A DNA stretch of 64,000 nucleotides from Achromobacter spanius (GTDB lineage Bacteria; Pseudomonadota; Gammaproteobacteria; Burkholderiales; Burkholderiaceae_B): assembly GCF_003994415.1 (NCBI RefSeq), contig NZ_CP034689.1:5733280-5797279 (forward strand), read 5' to 3'. Every line of letters begins with the position of its first letter. The stretch's first letter is position 1. The notes beneath the pieces are model-generated. The model was not told the origin of the DNA and did no database searches. It saw only the letters and a list, made by a program, of their open reading frames with translations. This document shows positions 40,521 through 51,449 of this stretch, in pieces. A program made the translations under genes and the position numbers.

Positions 40521-43500
40521 TCAGTTCCCCCAGAACGTCCGGTAGACCAGGGCAATACCGTTCACTGATCCGCCCTTCAGGTCCACCGACAGCCCGCGCG
40601 CCAGCCGGTAACTGGCCCGGCCCACGGTATCGCTGCCCGCCAGCCCCTGTTCGACGCTCAGCGTAATGCCGTTGGCGAACGATTTGCTGGCCACCAGGAA
40701 CTGGGTGGCCAACTGGCTGTTGCTGTCCCGGTTCACGTTGCCCGCCACGGTGCGGTCGGGCAGGATGCTGCCTGAACTGCCGATGTTGCCGGTGCGCACG
40801 CTGACGTCGTCCAGCCCGAACTGCTTGTAGAACGGCTGCCCGCCTCCCAGCAGCGCGGTACCCACCGACACCAGCAGGGCCGCGTCACTGCCGCTTTCGT
40901 CGGGCCCCCGACCCAGCAGCAGCCACGACAGCTTTTCCACGTCGCTGACTTCGGGGTAGGACACCAGGTCGATGCGCGGACGCTGGGCGGTGCCCACCAC
41001 CTTGACGCCGGCTTCCACCTGTTCGCCCGTGCGCAGCGCCTCGATATCCAGTATCGGGTTGTCCAGCCGGCCTTGGAACGTCAGGGTGCCACGGGTTAGC
41101 CGCAGCTTCTGGCCATAGGCCTCGATGCCGCCACCCCGCGTGCGCAAGGCGCCCACGCCCGTCAAGCGGCCATCGTTCAGCAGGATCTGGATAGAGCCGA
41201 GCAGGCCGGCGTCCAGCCCCATGCCGGTGATGTAGAAGCGCGGTCCCATGTCGAACTTCAGATTCATGCTGGTTTGCAGCGGCGTGGACACCGTGGCGCT
41301 GTCCTCGCCGGCACGGATGACTTTCACATCGTCGTCCAGCGACGGCACGCCCTGCAGGATTTCCAGGCTGAACCAGCCGGCGTCGGCTTTCAGGTCGCCC
41401 ACGATATCGATGCGCGGCATGGCCGCCGTCAGGTTGATGGTGCCCGAGACCATGGCGTAGCGGTCCGAGCGTTGCAGCGCCGGGAAGCGATACAGCGTCA
41501 ACTTGATGTTGCCGCCGCCGTCCATGATGTTCCATTGACCGCTGGCCTCGGCGTATCCGCCCTTGGCGCCGGGGTTGGTCGTGATCCATTCCTTGGTGCG
41601 CCATTCGGCCGGCATCACGCGCAGCGCCGCCGGAAACCGCAGGCTGTCCAGCACCAGCCGCTGGCCATCCAGCCGCGCCGCCAGCGTGCCGTCAACGAGG
41701 CGCACGCCGTCATCAATGCGCACCACGCGCAGCTTGTCGCCACGGATGTTGCCGGTGGCCGACCACTTGCCGGCCAGCGTGCCCTGGACGTCGATGTTGG
41801 CCTTGACCGCCCCGCCCACTTCCATGGTGTCACCCACGAAAAGACTGACCCAGGCCAGGTCGGCAATATCGGCGTCAAGCTTGGCGCGCAGGGCTTGGCG
41901 CTCGTCCAGCGCCATGCCGCCCTTGGCGTCCATGCGCAGCACCGCCGTGCCGGTGCCATTGACGGTGCCCATCTTGTTGGTGGCCAGATTAAGCCTGGCA
42001 TCCAGACGGCTGGCATTCGGCGACGTAGGCGTGGCGGTCAGGTCCAGCACCAATGCCTTCAAACCCAGCGGGATGGGCGGGTCGCCGGGAATCAACAGGT
42101 CCCCTTCGCGACGAGCGATGCGGGCCTTGCCGGCCAGCCTGCCGTCGAATTCAAGGTCCCAAAGCACATCCAGCGCGATGCGGCGCTGGCCCTCGGGCAC
42201 CATGGCGTTCACGCGAGCGGGCCCCTTGCCCAGCTTGCTGGCGGCATCAGGGTCGATGGCGCCTATCAGCTGGCGGGCCATGGCGGCGGTAATGACCAGG
42301 TTGTCGGCCTGGCCGGCGGTTTCCCAGCGCTTGCCGCCCCCGCGCGATCCCTGATGCGCCAAGGTCAGCCGCTCCTTGCCCGGCAAGGTGATGCCAAGCA
42401 CGGTCTGCCCGACCTGCCATTGCCATTGCGGGTGTACAGCCGAGGGCAGATAGGCCAAGGACACGGGGCGGTCAGCCGCCACGGTGAAGCCGGCGGTATC
42501 AGCCGTCAGCCGGGAAAACGTGCCGCGCCAGCCAACCAGCGCCGAGTCGGGCTGGCCCGCCGGGCCTTTGCCCCAGCCACCGGCAAAGACGATATTGGCC
42601 CTGACGGGCGCTTGGCCCAGGACACCGGCGCGCGGTTTGGCGGGCGTATAGCCAGCGCTCAGTTCGCCGCGATGCGCGGCCACGGTGCCGGCTAATTTGC
42701 CCTTGAGTTCCGCGCCACCGGGGATGCCGGGCCAGAAAGCGTCCAACTGCGGGGCTTGCGCGTCCAAGGTCAGGGCGCCGTCATTGGCGTCCATCTCTCC
42801 CGATGCCTGAATGCGGTTGCGGCCCAGTTTCAGATCCACGTCCAGGCCGTGAATGCGCAGCCCGGCCAGCGGGTCAGCGGTGGGTGACGGGGTGGTGGCG
42901 GGCGCTGCCGCGGCAATATCCACTTGCGCCTTGACGCTGCCTGTCAGAGGCTGCTTGTTCCAGCGGGTGCCGTCTTCAAAGCGCAGATCAACGGCGGCGT
43001 GACGCAACTGGCTCAGGTTTTCGATATCGGCCTGCACGTCGCCGCGTACGGTCAGCACGGCTGGCGGAATGGACTCGCCCAGCCAGGGCGCCAAATCCAG
43101 GCGCTGCGCGCTGATGGTGCCCGCGATGCGGTCGCGGCCCGCCACCTGCTGCGCCGGGTTGGATTGCAGGTCCAATTGCGCGGCCAAGGCCGATTTATCG
43201 GGCAGTTGGACGTTGACCCGCGCGCTGCGCAACACCAACGCCGTGCGCGGCGCCAGGTCGGCCACCACGTTCAGCAGCAAGCCGGAGCCGTCGCCATCCA
43301 GCTTGGCCTGGATACCATCCATCGACCCGGCGGCATCGGCGCGCAACATGACTTGGCAGGCGGGCGGCGGCGGGCCTGCCAACCGGGACGAGTCGGCAGG
43401 CTTGGCCTCGCCCTTGGCGGATGCCGCCGCCCCGGTCTTGGCGTCGGCCTGGCGCTTGGGGTCGGGCTTGGCTTTGGGGTCGGGCGGTGACTTGGGCGAC

Positions 43501-44249
43501 TTGGCATCGGCCTGCTCGCCGCTTGCCGTCTGGCTTGCGGCCACCATGCCGCTTAATTTGTCCGCCTGGCACAAGGGGGATTCGGGGCCAGATCCGCGCG
43601 CGGTCACATCCAGGCGCGCGGCGAAGGGCCAGGGGTCCGCCATGCCTTGAAGCTCGGCCTCGCCCGAGACCTGCGCCTCGCCCATTTCGTGGCCGACGCG
43701 CAATGAAGCAATGCGCAACTGCGCGCCCTGCTTGCCGGCCGCGAACGTGGCGCTCAGGTCGCCCAGCGTGACCGGCAAGGGCTGACCGTCCTGCTCCAAG
43801 AGGAAGTCGCCCAACGCCACGCGGTCCACGGCGATATCCACCGGCAGCGACGGCAGCGAAAACGGTTCGCCGTCATCCTCGGGGGCAGGCGCGTCGGCCT
43901 GGGTCGTCAACGCCACGCGCACCGACCCCGCCGATACATCCCGCACATGCAGTCGCCGGTCGCCCAGCGCGCGCCAATTCACCCGCAGATGCAGCTCGGT
44001 GACGTCGATGTGCGTACCGCCGCCCACATCCAGGTCCAGCTTGCCCACGGTCACGCCGCGCAGCAGCGAACCGTGAACGTCCAGCGCCTGGCCGTCCAGT
44101 TGTTGGGCAGCCGTCGTCAACAGCAGTCGGGTTCCGTTCTGCGACCCCACCAGCCAGAACAGAAAGCCGCTGGCCAACAACAGCAGCATCGCCACGCCGG
44201 GCAGCCACCACACCAGCACCTGGCGCAGAAATTTGCGCAACATCCTCAA
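40521..44249 (-). CDS. tamB: Translocation and assembly module subunit TamB (DUF490, inner-membrane anchored).
   Basis: 1242 aa with an N-terminal transmembrane anchor and a long beta-rich body. The C-terminal DUF490 region ends ...IALVYRTFWGN. It overlaps tamA by 4 nt. Confidence 0.88.
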   Translation of the reverse strand: MRMLRKFLRQVLVWWLPGVAMLLLLASGFLFWLVGSQNGTRLLLTTAAQQLDGQALDVHGSLLRGVTVGKLDLDVGGGTHIDVTELHLRVNWRALGDRRLHVRDVSAGSVRVALTTQADAPAPEDDGEPFSLPSLPVDIAVDRVALGDFLLEQDGQPLPVTLGDLSATFAAGKQGAQLRIASLRVGHEMGEAQVSGEAELQGMADPWPFAARLDVTARGSGPESPLCQADKLSGMVAASQTASGEQADAKSPKSPPDPKAKPDPKRQADAKTGAAASAKGEAKPADSSRLAGPPPPACQVMLRADAAGSMDGIQAKLDGDGSGLLLNVVADLAPRTALVLRSARVNVQLPDKSALAAQLDLQSNPAQQVAGRDRIAGTISAQRLDLAPWLGESIPPAVLTVRGDVQADIENLSQLRHAAVDLRFEDGTRWNKQPLTGSVKAQVDIAAAAPATTPSPTADPLAGLRIHGLDVDLKLGRNRIQASGEMDANDGALTLDAQAPQLDAFWPGIPGGAELKGKLAGTVAAHRGELSAGYTPAKPRAGVLGQAPVRANIVFAGGWGKGPAGQPDSALVGWRGTFSRLTADTAGFTVAADRPVSLAYLPSAVHPQWQWQVGQTVLGITLPGKERLTLAHQGSRGGGKRWETAGQADNLVITAAMARQLIGAIDPDAASKLGKGPARVNAMVPEGQRRIALDVLWDLEFDGRLAGKARIARREGDLLIPGDPPIPLGLKALVLDLTATPTSPNASRLDARLNLATNKMGTVNGTGTAVLRMDAKGGMALDERQALRAKLDADIADLAWVSLFVGDTMEVGGAVKANIDVQGTLAGKWSATGNIRGDKLRVVRIDDGVRLVDGTLAARLDGQRLVLDSLRFPAALRVMPAEWRTKEWITTNPGAKGGYAEASGQWNIMDGGGNIKLTLYRFPALQRSDRYAMVSGTINLTAAMPRIDIVGDLKADAGWFSLEILQGVPSLDDDVKVIRAGEDSATVSTPLQTSMNLKFDMGPRFYITGMGLDAGLLGSIQILLNDGRLTGVGALRTRGGGIEAYGQKLRLTRGTLTFQGRLDNPILDIEALRTGEQVEAGVKVVGTAQRPRIDLVSYPEVSDVEKLSWLLLGRGPDESGSDAALLVSVGTALLGGGQPFYKQFGLDDVSVRTGNIGSSGSILPDRTVAGNVNRDSNSQLATQFLVASKSFANGITLSVEQGLAGSDTVGRASYRLARGLSVDLKGGSVNGIALVYRTFWGN

Positions 44250-46141
44250 AACGCGATCCCCAACGAAAAGTGCAGGCGCAGGTCGCGCTCGCGCTGACCG
44301 TAAGCCACGTCCAGGGACAGCGGGCCGGCGGGCGTGCGCACCCGCGCACCCACGCCGTAGCCCAGGGCCAGCGACATATCGCCAAACGACTCCGCGGCAT
44401 CGCCGGCATCCAAAAACACGCCCATGCCCCAGCGCTCATCGAAGTAGTGGTCGTATTCGATGCTGCCGACAACCAGCGTGGGCGCGCCCACCACCGCGTT
44501 GTCGCGCTGCAAGCCGATGCTCTGGTACTTGTAGCCGCGAATGGACCGCGCGCCGCCCGTGCGAAAGCCAAAGTCGTCAGGCACCTGCACCTTGCTGCTG
44601 GACCACACCCGCCCGACCTCGCCGCGTACCGTCAGCACGTCCAGCTTGCCGATGGGCCACCATTTCTGCGCGCGCAGCCGGGCGCGGGTATAGGGTTCGC
44701 CGGTGTCCAGCGTAACGCCCACGCCACCGCCCACGGCGATCAAGTTGCCCTCGCGCGGGTTGTACTTGTTGTCCACGTCGCGGCGCAGCCATTCGGCCGT
44801 GGCGGTCAGCGTGGGCAAGGTGTATTCGTCGCCGCCATCGATTTTTACGTGATCTTGCGCCAGCAACATGCCCCAACGGGTTTCGTATTCGACCCGACTG
44901 TCGCCCGCGCCCTTGCGCTCTTGCAAGCGCGTGGCGCCCAGGGCATAGCGCGTCACTTCCAGGCCCTGGATGTCGGAATGGTCAGCCAGGACGCCGATTG
45001 AATCCTTGTAGCCGCGTTCGGTCGGCGGCAGCAGGAAGTCGGCGTAGGCGCGTTGGCGCAGCCGGTCCACGCCGAAACCGGTTTCCATGGTGACGGGCTG
45101 GCCAAACACCACGTTCTGCCGGTACAGCGATTCCACCCGCACGCCCGCTTCGTCGTCCAAGCCGATCGAGGCCGTGAAGCGCTTGGGCGGCGCTTCGACC
45201 ACGCGCACCTGCACCGGCAGGGTCACTTCGCCGTCGGAATCAAAGGTGGGCGGCGGAGGCGGGACGGCGCCGGATACGGACGGGTCGCCCGCCGGCGTGG
45301 CCGCGTCCAGGTCGGTGGAGCCTGGTGCACGGGCTCGATCGACATTCACGTCGCTCGCCTGCGACTGCGCGCTGCCGGGTGTCTCCAGCGACACGAACGC
45401 GCCGCGAAAGAAGGAGGTGGATTGCAGGTCTTGCTGCCAGGAGTCCAGCCGGTTCTGGTCATAGGCCGCGCCAACCGAATAGCGCACGTAGCGCTGGACG
45501 AGCTTGTCGGGCACGCGCTTCAGGCCTTCGGTGTTGAGTTCGCCCATGCGGACCTGGGGGCCGCTGTCGATGGTGACGTGCAAGTCGGCCGTGGCCGTGT
45601 CAGCCATGATGTCGGCTTGCGAGGCCGTCATGCGCGCCAGCATGAAATCGCGCGTGGAAACGTCGTCCAGCAAGGTCGACTTGGCGCGGTTCCAATCGCT
45701 GTTGATGAACGGCTGCCCGGCCTTGAGCTGCCAGTCGTCGCGCAATCTCTGCACGCGCTGGGCATATTCAGGCCGCGTGATGCGGCCCGTGAATTTCAGG
45801 TCCACGGACGAAACGGTGGTGCGCTTGCCGGGCACAATGCCGATATCCCAGGTTTCCCCGCCGATGTCGGTGCCGGCTTCCAGCGTCACCTTGGGTGAAA
45901 AATACCCCTGCGTGGCCAGCGCGGCCAGCGTGGCGTCGCGCGCGCGCCGACGCAGCCGGTTGATTTCACCGCCGTCCTGGTCTTCGGCCAAGCGCGCAAT
46001 GGCGTCAACCGCCTGGGTAATCGCCGTCAGCGCGGCCGGGGGCACGCCCCCCGGGTCCACAATGATTTCCGGGCGCTTGGCCAGGGCCTCGCCCGACACC
46101 ACGCAGAGTCCTGCCAGAAAGGCGCGTGCTGCCCACCGCAT
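44246..46141 (-). CDS. tamA: Outer-membrane Omp85-family protein TamA (autotransporter assembly factor).
   Basis: 631 aa with a signal peptide, POTRA-like regions and a C-terminal beta-barrel ending in the aromatic-rich FSLGIAF. Confidence 0.88.
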   Translation of the reverse strand: MRWAARAFLAGLCVVSGEALAKRPEIIVDPGGVPPAALTAITQAVDAIARLAEDQDGGEINRLRRRARDATLAALATQGYFSPKVTLEAGTDIGGETWDIGIVPGKRTTVSSVDLKFTGRITRPEYAQRVQRLRDDWQLKAGQPFINSDWNRAKSTLLDDVSTRDFMLARMTASQADIMADTATADLHVTIDSGPQVRMGELNTEGLKRVPDKLVQRYVRYSVGAAYDQNRLDSWQQDLQSTSFFRGAFVSLETPGSAQSQASDVNVDRARAPGSTDLDAATPAGDPSVSGAVPPPPPTFDSDGEVTLPVQVRVVEAPPKRFTASIGLDDEAGVRVESLYRQNVVFGQPVTMETGFGVDRLRQRAYADFLLPPTERGYKDSIGVLADHSDIQGLEVTRYALGATRLQERKGAGDSRVEYETRWGMLLAQDHVKIDGGDEYTLPTLTATAEWLRRDVDNKYNPREGNLIAVGGGVGVTLDTGEPYTRARLRAQKWWPIGKLDVLTVRGEVGRVWSSSKVQVPDDFGFRTGGARSIRGYKYQSIGLQRDNAVVGAPTLVVGSIEYDHYFDERWGMGVFLDAGDAAESFGDMSLALGYGVGARVRTPAGPLSLDVAYGQRERDLRLHFSLGIAF

Positions 46142-46144
46142 GCG

Positions 46145-47233
46145 TCACGTCGGCTGCTGGACGACGATGGACGGGAATTTTCCGGCCATGTCGCGCGGAA
46201 GCGTCGCGACGCCCGCCGCAAGCTTGCGCGCAATACCGCGATACAGCGCGGCGGCTTCGCTGCCCGCGTCCGAAACCACGGTGGGTTTGCCGGCATCCGT
46301 CTGTTCGCGGATGGCCAGCGTCAAGGGCAGGCTGCCCAGCCAGGGCGTCTGGTACTGCTCGGCCATGCGCTGGCCGCCGCCTTCGCCAAAGATATGTTCG
46401 GCGTGCCCGCACTGCGCGCAAATGTGAATGGCCATGTTTTCGACCACGCCCAGAATCGGCACCTCCACCTTCTGGAACATGCGCAAGCCCTTGCGCGCGT
46501 CCAGCAGCGCCACGTCCTGCGGCGTGGTGACGATCACCGCGCCCACCACCGGCACCTTCTGCGCCAGCGTCAGCGCCACGTCGCCCGTGCCGGGAGGCAT
46601 GTCGACGATCAGGTAATCCAGGTCGCGCCAGTTGGTCTGACGCAGCAATTGTTCCAGCGCCTGCGTCACCATGGGGCCGCGCCAGATGGCGGGCGAATCG
46701 GCGTCGATCAGAAAACCAATGGAATTGGCCTGCAAGCCATGGCCCGTCAGCGGTTCCATGCTTTTGTTGTCCAGGCTTTCGGGGCGGCCGGAAATGCCCA
46801 GCATGGTCGGCACGCTGGGGCCGTAGATGTCGGCATCCAGCACGCCTACGCTGGCGCCGTCGGCCGCCAGGGCCAGCGCCAGGTTGACGGCGGTGGTGCT
46901 CTTGCCCACGCCGCCCTTGCCTGATGCAACCGCAATGATGTTGCGCACATTGGGCAGCGGCTTCAGGCCTTTCTGCACCGCATGCGCGGCAACCTTCCAG
47001 GTAATGGTGATTTGTGCGTCGGGCACGCCAGCGGCTGCCAGGGCGGCGGCGGCAATGGCGGCGACGTCGTCGCGCACGCCGTCGGCGGGATAACCCAGTT
47101 CCAGCGTCACGGCGGGGCGGGCGCCCGCCAGTTGGATGTCACGATCTTTTACAGAAACGCCCAGGTCCAAACCCGTGTTGGGGTCGCGCGCGGCGCGCAG
47201 GGCGGCGCGGATATTTTCTATCGTTATACTCAT
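46145..47233 (-). CDS. apbC: Iron-sulfur cluster carrier protein ApbC/Mrp (P-loop NTPase).
   Basis: Contains the deviant Walker A motif ASGKGGVGKSTTAVNLALAL and the CxxC motif (ICAQCGH). 362 aa. Confidence 0.92.
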   Translation of the reverse strand: MSITIENIRAALRAARDPNTGLDLGVSVKDRDIQLAGARPAVTLELGYPADGVRDDVAAIAAAALAAAGVPDAQITITWKVAAHAVQKGLKPLPNVRNIIAVASGKGGVGKSTTAVNLALALAADGASVGVLDADIYGPSVPTMLGISGRPESLDNKSMEPLTGHGLQANSIGFLIDADSPAIWRGPMVTQALEQLLRQTNWRDLDYLIVDMPPGTGDVALTLAQKVPVVGAVIVTTPQDVALLDARKGLRMFQKVEVPILGVVENMAIHICAQCGHAEHIFGEGGGQRMAEQYQTPWLGSLPLTLAIREQTDAGKPTVVSDAGSEAAALYRGIARKLAAGVATLPRDMAGKFPSIVVQQPT

Positions 47234-47334
47234 GTCACTATGGTTCCGTAGGCAGCGCGGCTTTTGCGGGCCGCCATCCCCTAAAGGATAGCGGATACGC
47301 GGGAACCTTTCGCTGCGTTTTGCATCCGACCTTC

Positions 47335-47610
47335 ATGACCAACACACTTATCCGCTTCTTCCGTGCCGTCCTATTCGCCGCCCTGGCCTTGATTGGCATG
47401 GCGATGGCGCTGGTCTTCATGCTCTCCACGGCGCTTGCCGTGGCGATCCTGTACGTGGTCGCCAAGGTGCGTGGCAAACCTTTCGGCGTCCGCGCCTACT
47501 GGAGCCAACGCCAAGGCGCCCGACCGGGTCCATTCCAGTCCGCCGCCGCCCCTTTCGCCACGCAGCCGCGTGGCGATGTGATCGACGTCGAAGCCCGCGA
47601 AATCCGCTAA
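47335..47610 (+). CDS. Small hypothetical membrane protein (91 aa, two predicted transmembrane helices).
   Basis: It reads MTNTLIRFFRAVLFAALALIGMAMALVFMLSTALAVAILYVVAKVRGK. It is the only plausible start within a longer Arg-rich ORF. It is divergent from apbC and upstream of metG. Confidence 0.45.
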   Translation: MTNTLIRFFRAVLFAALALIGMAMALVFMLSTALAVAILYVVAKVRGKPFGVRAYWSQRQGARPGPFQSAAAPFATQPRGDVIDVEAREIR

Positions 47611-47867
47611 CGGCAGCGTTGCATAATGGCTTGCGCCGCTCGCGGCGCAAGCTTGCCGTTGCACGATGCGCCCGCGGGGCCTGCATGCCGCAGGCGCCGG
47701 CGCTACGCTCTGGCCGCTTGCTCTTGACCGCTTCTCTTCAACCCGCCCGAATCGCAACCCTGCGACCGGCGGGTTGAGTCGTTATCGGAGCGCATCAGGG
47801 GCAAGACTTCGCCATTGCCCTAAAATGGCCGCCAATCCCCTTTTTCCTTCCACCTCTGTCGACAACC

Positions 47868-49934
47868 ATGTCTCGCACCCTTTTTGTCACCACAGCGCTG
47901 CCCTACGCCAACGGCTCCTTCCACATCGGCCACATCATGGAATACATCCAGGCTGATATCTGGGTCCGTTCGATGCGAATGGCGGGCCACACGGTGCATT
48001 TCGTGGGTGCGGATGACGCGCACGGCGCGCCCATCATGCTGAAGGCCGAAAAAGAAGGCATCACGCCGCAGGCGCTGGTGGCCCGCTACGCAGCCGAACG
48101 CCCGCAGTACCTGAACGGTTTCCACATCCGTTTCGACCACTGGCATTCCACCGATTCCGCTGAAAACGTCGCGCTGTCGCAAGACATTTACCGCGCGCTG
48201 CGTGCCCAGGACCTGATCGAAACCCGCTCCGTCGAGCAGTTCTACGACCCGGTCAAGGGCATGTTCCTGGCCGACCGCTACATCAAGGGCGAATGCCCCA
48301 AGTGCCATGCGAAGGACCAATACGGCGACTCTTGCGAGGTGTGCGGCGCCGTCTATGCGCCCACCGAGCTCATCAACCCGTATTCGGCCCTGACCGGCGC
48401 CACGCCCGTACTGAAATCGTCCGACCACTTTTTCTTCAAGTTGTCGGACCCGCGCTGCGTGGAATTCCTGCAGCAATGGACCACCGGGGCCAATGCCAAC
48501 GGCGGCAAGCACCTGCAGCCCGAAATGCTGGCCAAGACCCGTGAATGGCTCGGCGCCGAAGACGGCGAGGCCAAGCTGGGCGACTGGGACATTTCTCGCG
48601 ATGCGCCCTACTTCGGCATTGAAATCCCCGATGCGCCGGGCAAGTACTTCTACGTGTGGCTGGACGCGCCCGTCGGTTATCTGGCGTCGCTGAAGTCGTA
48701 TTGCGCGGTCAAGGGACTGGATTTCGACGCCCTGCTCGACCCCAGCGGCAGCACCGAACAAGTCCACTTCATCGGCAAGGACATTGTCTATTTCCACGCA
48801 CTGTTCTGGCCCGCCATGCTGAAGTTCGCCGGCCGCAAGACGCCGGACCAGGTGAATGTGCACGGCTTCATCACCGTCAGCGGCGAAAAAATGTCCAAGA
48901 GCCGCGGCACCGGTATTTCGCCGCTGCGCTATCTGGAACTGGGCATGAACGCCGAGTGGATGCGCTATTACATCGCCGCCAAGTTGAATGCCCGCGTCGA
49001 AGACGTGGACTTCAACCCGGAAGATTTCATCGCCCGCGTGAACAGTGACCTGGTCGGCAAATACGTCAACATCGCCAGCCGCGCCGCCAGCTTCATCACC
49101 AAGCACTTTGACGGCGTGCTGGGCTATTCCGGCGACACCGCCGCGCTGTCGGCCGAATACGCCGAACAGGCCGAATCGATCCGCGCCGCGTTCGAAGCCC
49201 GCGAATACAACCGCGCCATCCGCGAAATCATGGCCTATGCCGACCGCATCAACCAGGCGTTCGACACGGCCCAGCCGTGGGTGCTGGCCAAGGGCCTGGC
49301 CACCGCTGACGACGCGCAAAAGGCGGCGCTGCAAGACATCTGCTCGCGTTCGCTGGCGGGTTTCAAGGCCTTGTCCGTGATGCTGGCCCCGGTGCTGCCG
49401 TCGCTGGCCGAACGCGTGGCGCTTGAGCTGTTTGGCGCGCAGGCCCCGTTCACCTGGGCAGACGCCGCCGTGCTGCCGCAACGCGTGGCGCCGTTCAAGC
49501 ACCTGATGCAGCGCGTGGAACCCCAAATGCTGGAAGACCTGTTCGAACCGCCCGCCGCCCCGGTGGTGGTGCCCGGCGGCGAACCGCTGGCCGAGACCAT
49601 TTCCATCGACGATTTCGCCCGCGTTGACCTGCGCATTGCGCAGATCGTCAATTGCGAGCACGTCGAAGGCTCGACCAAGCTGCTGCGCCTGACGCTGGAC
49701 GTAGGCGAAGGCCGTCATCGCAACGTGTTTTCGGGCATCAAATCGGCCTACAAGCCGGAAGACCTGATCGGCAAGCTGACCGTCATGGTGGCCAACCTGG
49801 CCCCGCGCAAGATGAAGTTCGGCGTATCCGAAGGCATGGTGCTGGCCGCCAGCCACGCCGACGAAGCGGTGGATGCCGGCATCTACGTGCTGGAACCCTT
49901 CCCCGGCGCCAAGCCCGGCATGCGCGTGCGCTGA
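47868..49934 (+). CDS. metG: Methionine--tRNA ligase.
   Basis: 688 aa. The HIGH motif is in [13 protein letters not shown], the zinc knuckle is CPKCH...CEVCG, and KMSKS is present. Confidence 0.96.
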   Translation: MSRTLFVTTALPYANGSFHIGHIMEYIQADIWVRSMRMAGHTVHFVGADDAHGAPIMLKAEKEGITPQALVARYAAERPQYLNGFHIRFDHWHSTDSAENVALSQDIYRALRAQDLIETRSVEQFYDPVKGMFLADRYIKGECPKCHAKDQYGDSCEVCGAVYAPTELINPYSALTGATPVLKSSDHFFFKLSDPRCVEFLQQWTTGANANGGKHLQPEMLAKTREWLGAEDGEAKLGDWDISRDAPYFGIEIPDAPGKYFYVWLDAPVGYLASLKSYCAVKGLDFDALLDPSGSTEQVHFIGKDIVYFHALFWPAMLKFAGRKTPDQVNVHGFITVSGEKMSKSRGTGISPLRYLELGMNAEWMRYYIAAKLNARVEDVDFNPEDFIARVNSDLVGKYVNIASRAASFITKHFDGVLGYSGDTAALSAEYAEQAESIRAAFEAREYNRAIREIMAYADRINQAFDTAQPWVLAKGLATADDAQKAALQDICSRSLAGFKALSVMLAPVLPSLAERVALELFGAQAPFTWADAAVLPQRVAPFKHLMQRVEPQMLEDLFEPPAAPVVVPGGEPLAETISIDDFARVDLRIAQIVNCEHVEGSTKLLRLTLDVGEGRHRNVFSGIKSAYKPEDLIGKLTVMVANLAPRKMKFGVSEGMVLAASHADEAVDAGIYVLEPFPGAKPGMRVR

Positions 49935-49959
49935 TCGGGATGCGCTAGCCCAGCAACAA

Positions 49960-49982
49960 CCCGCCAATCGGCGGGTTTTTTA
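49960..49982. terminator. Bidirectional rho-independent terminator after metG, also serving the convergent TrhO-like gene.
   Basis: aacaacccgccaatcggcgggttttttta, a stem flanked by an A-rich run and a T-run. Confidence 0.8.
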
Positions 49983-49996
49983 TCGTCTGATGGTAT

Positions 49997-50734
49997 TCAG
50001 CGATGACTAGGCGCCAACCCCGGATCCAGCGAATGGCGTTCGTCGAAGACGAAGCATTTACCGTCATACCCCGGGCCGCCCGTTTCCTCGAAGTACTTGA
50101 GGATGCCGCCGTCCAATTGGTACACGTTCTGGATGCCCGCCTCGTTCATGTAGATGGCGGCTTTTTCGCAGCGGATGCCGCCCGTGCAGAAGCTGACGAC
50201 GGTCTTGCCTTCGAGGTCGGCGCGGTGCGCCTGGACGGCGGCGGGAAACTGCGTGAAGCGTTCGATGCGCCAGTCGATGGCGTTATGGAATGTGCCTTCG
50301 TCCACTTCGAAGGCATTGCGCGTGTCGAGCATAACCACAGGCCGGCCAGCGTCGTCGGCGCCCTGCGCGAGCCAGCGCGCCAGCGTCTTGGCGTCCACGC
50401 CGGGCGCACGGCCCGCTTCGGGGCGGATGGTGGGGTGGTCCATGCGGATGATTTCGCGCTTGATCTTCACCAACAGCTTGCGGAACGGCACGGCGTCGCT
50501 GTGGCTGAACTTGACTTCCAGGTCGGCAAAACGGGGGTCGGCGCTCAGCGTTTGCAGGAAAGCGTCGATACCCTCTGCCGAGCCCGCCAGAAACAGGTTG
50601 ATGCCCTCTTCGGCCAGCAGGATGGTGCCCTTGAGCGCACAGTCGCCAGCCACCGTGAGCAGGCGGGCGCGCAGGTCGGGCAGGGAATCCAGCGAGACAA
50701 ATTTATAAGCGGCGATATTGACAACGGAAGTCAT
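49997..50734 (-). CDS. Rhodanese-domain protein of the UPF0176/YceA family (tRNA uridine(34) hydroxylase TrhO-like).
   Basis: Start at [16 protein letters not shown]. The rhodanese active-site loop is [12 protein letters not shown] chose the internal Met of the 289-aa ORF. Confidence 0.75.
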   Translation of the reverse strand: MTSVVNIAAYKFVSLDSLPDLRARLLTVAGDCALKGTILLAEEGINLFLAGSAEGIDAFLQTLSADPRFADLEVKFSHSDAVPFRKLLVKIKREIIRMDHPTIRPEAGRAPGVDAKTLARWLAQGADDAGRPVVMLDTRNAFEVDEGTFHNAIDWRIERFTQFPAAVQAHRADLEGKTVVSFCTGGIRCEKAAIYMNEAGIQNVYQLDGGILKYFEETGGPGYDGKCFVFDERHSLDPGLAPSHR

Positions 50735-50914
50735 GGCAAAGCGATGAAAAGCGGACGGCGAAGCCCGTAATAGTAATCGGTGCGCGGGCCGCGCCGCCCG
50801 GCGCCAGGCTGGCCACGGCTTGATCCGGCTCAAATGAGGGGACGGTTTCCTGCTCGACCACGGCATTCAGCTCCCGGCGCGCGGACGAGGCATCCGCCGC
50901 CGGCTTGAGGGGCA

Positions 50915-51433
50915 TCACGGATCCGCGCGACGGCCGAAGTCCAGGGTGTCGCCCGAGCTCAATACCCAGGTCATGCGCTGCGGGTTGTTGGTGTTGTCCA
51001 GCGACATTGCGGTGATGCGCGTCAGGCCAGCCAGGAAGTCTTGCTCCAGCTTCATCGTCTGCGCAGCGCAGGCCATCCTGGTGGCCACGGGGTTCGCACG
51101 CACGATGAGTTGGCCGTTGGCCACCGTGTAGGGCGCGCTGTACTGGTTGCAGCCTGCAAAGCCCGACAGGATTGGGGCCCCCTGCACATGGACGAAGCTG
51201 GCCGTCAGCGGACGGGAATTCGATGACGGATGCGGGATGCTGCGCAGGCCGCCGCCAGGCAGCGTCCAGCGAGCCAGGTCCCAACCCGTCTGTGCCAGCA
51301 CGTCCGACGCCGACGCCGGTTGAAAGCGCGGGTCCTGCCCGTCAGCGGCGCGATACGGCGGTGCGGCGCAGGCGGCCAGGCCCAGGGATAACAGGCACGG
51401 CGCCAGCCTGCGCAGAGAAGCGATAAAGGGCAT
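50915..51433 (-). CDS. META domain (DUF306, HslJ-like) lipoprotein.
   Basis: Signal peptide plus lipobox (LSLGLAACAA). It reads GFAGCNQYSAPYTVANGQLIV...TRMAC, which matches the META/HslJ pattern. Confidence 0.7.
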   Translation of the reverse strand: MPFIASLRRLAPCLLSLGLAACAAPPYRAADGQDPRFQPASASDVLAQTGWDLARWTLPGGGLRSIPHPSSNSRPLTASFVHVQGAPILSGFAGCNQYSAPYTVANGQLIVRANPVATRMACAAQTMKLEQDFLAGLTRITAMSLDNTNNPQRMTWVLSSGDTLDFGRRADP

Positions 51434-51449
51434 GAACGGCCTCGCGGAA

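Noticed and set aside
47820-49967. 715-aa minus-strand ORF overlapping metG, and similar long antisense ORFs elsewhere.
   Set aside because: These are GC-driven antisense artefacts opposite genes with clear homology (metG here). The other examples are 5063-6136, 9328-10887, 10787-12244, 14071-15609, 17546-19432, 20274-22085, 34051-36165 and 41274-42695. All have Arg/Gly/Ala/His-rich composition and lack recognisable domains.
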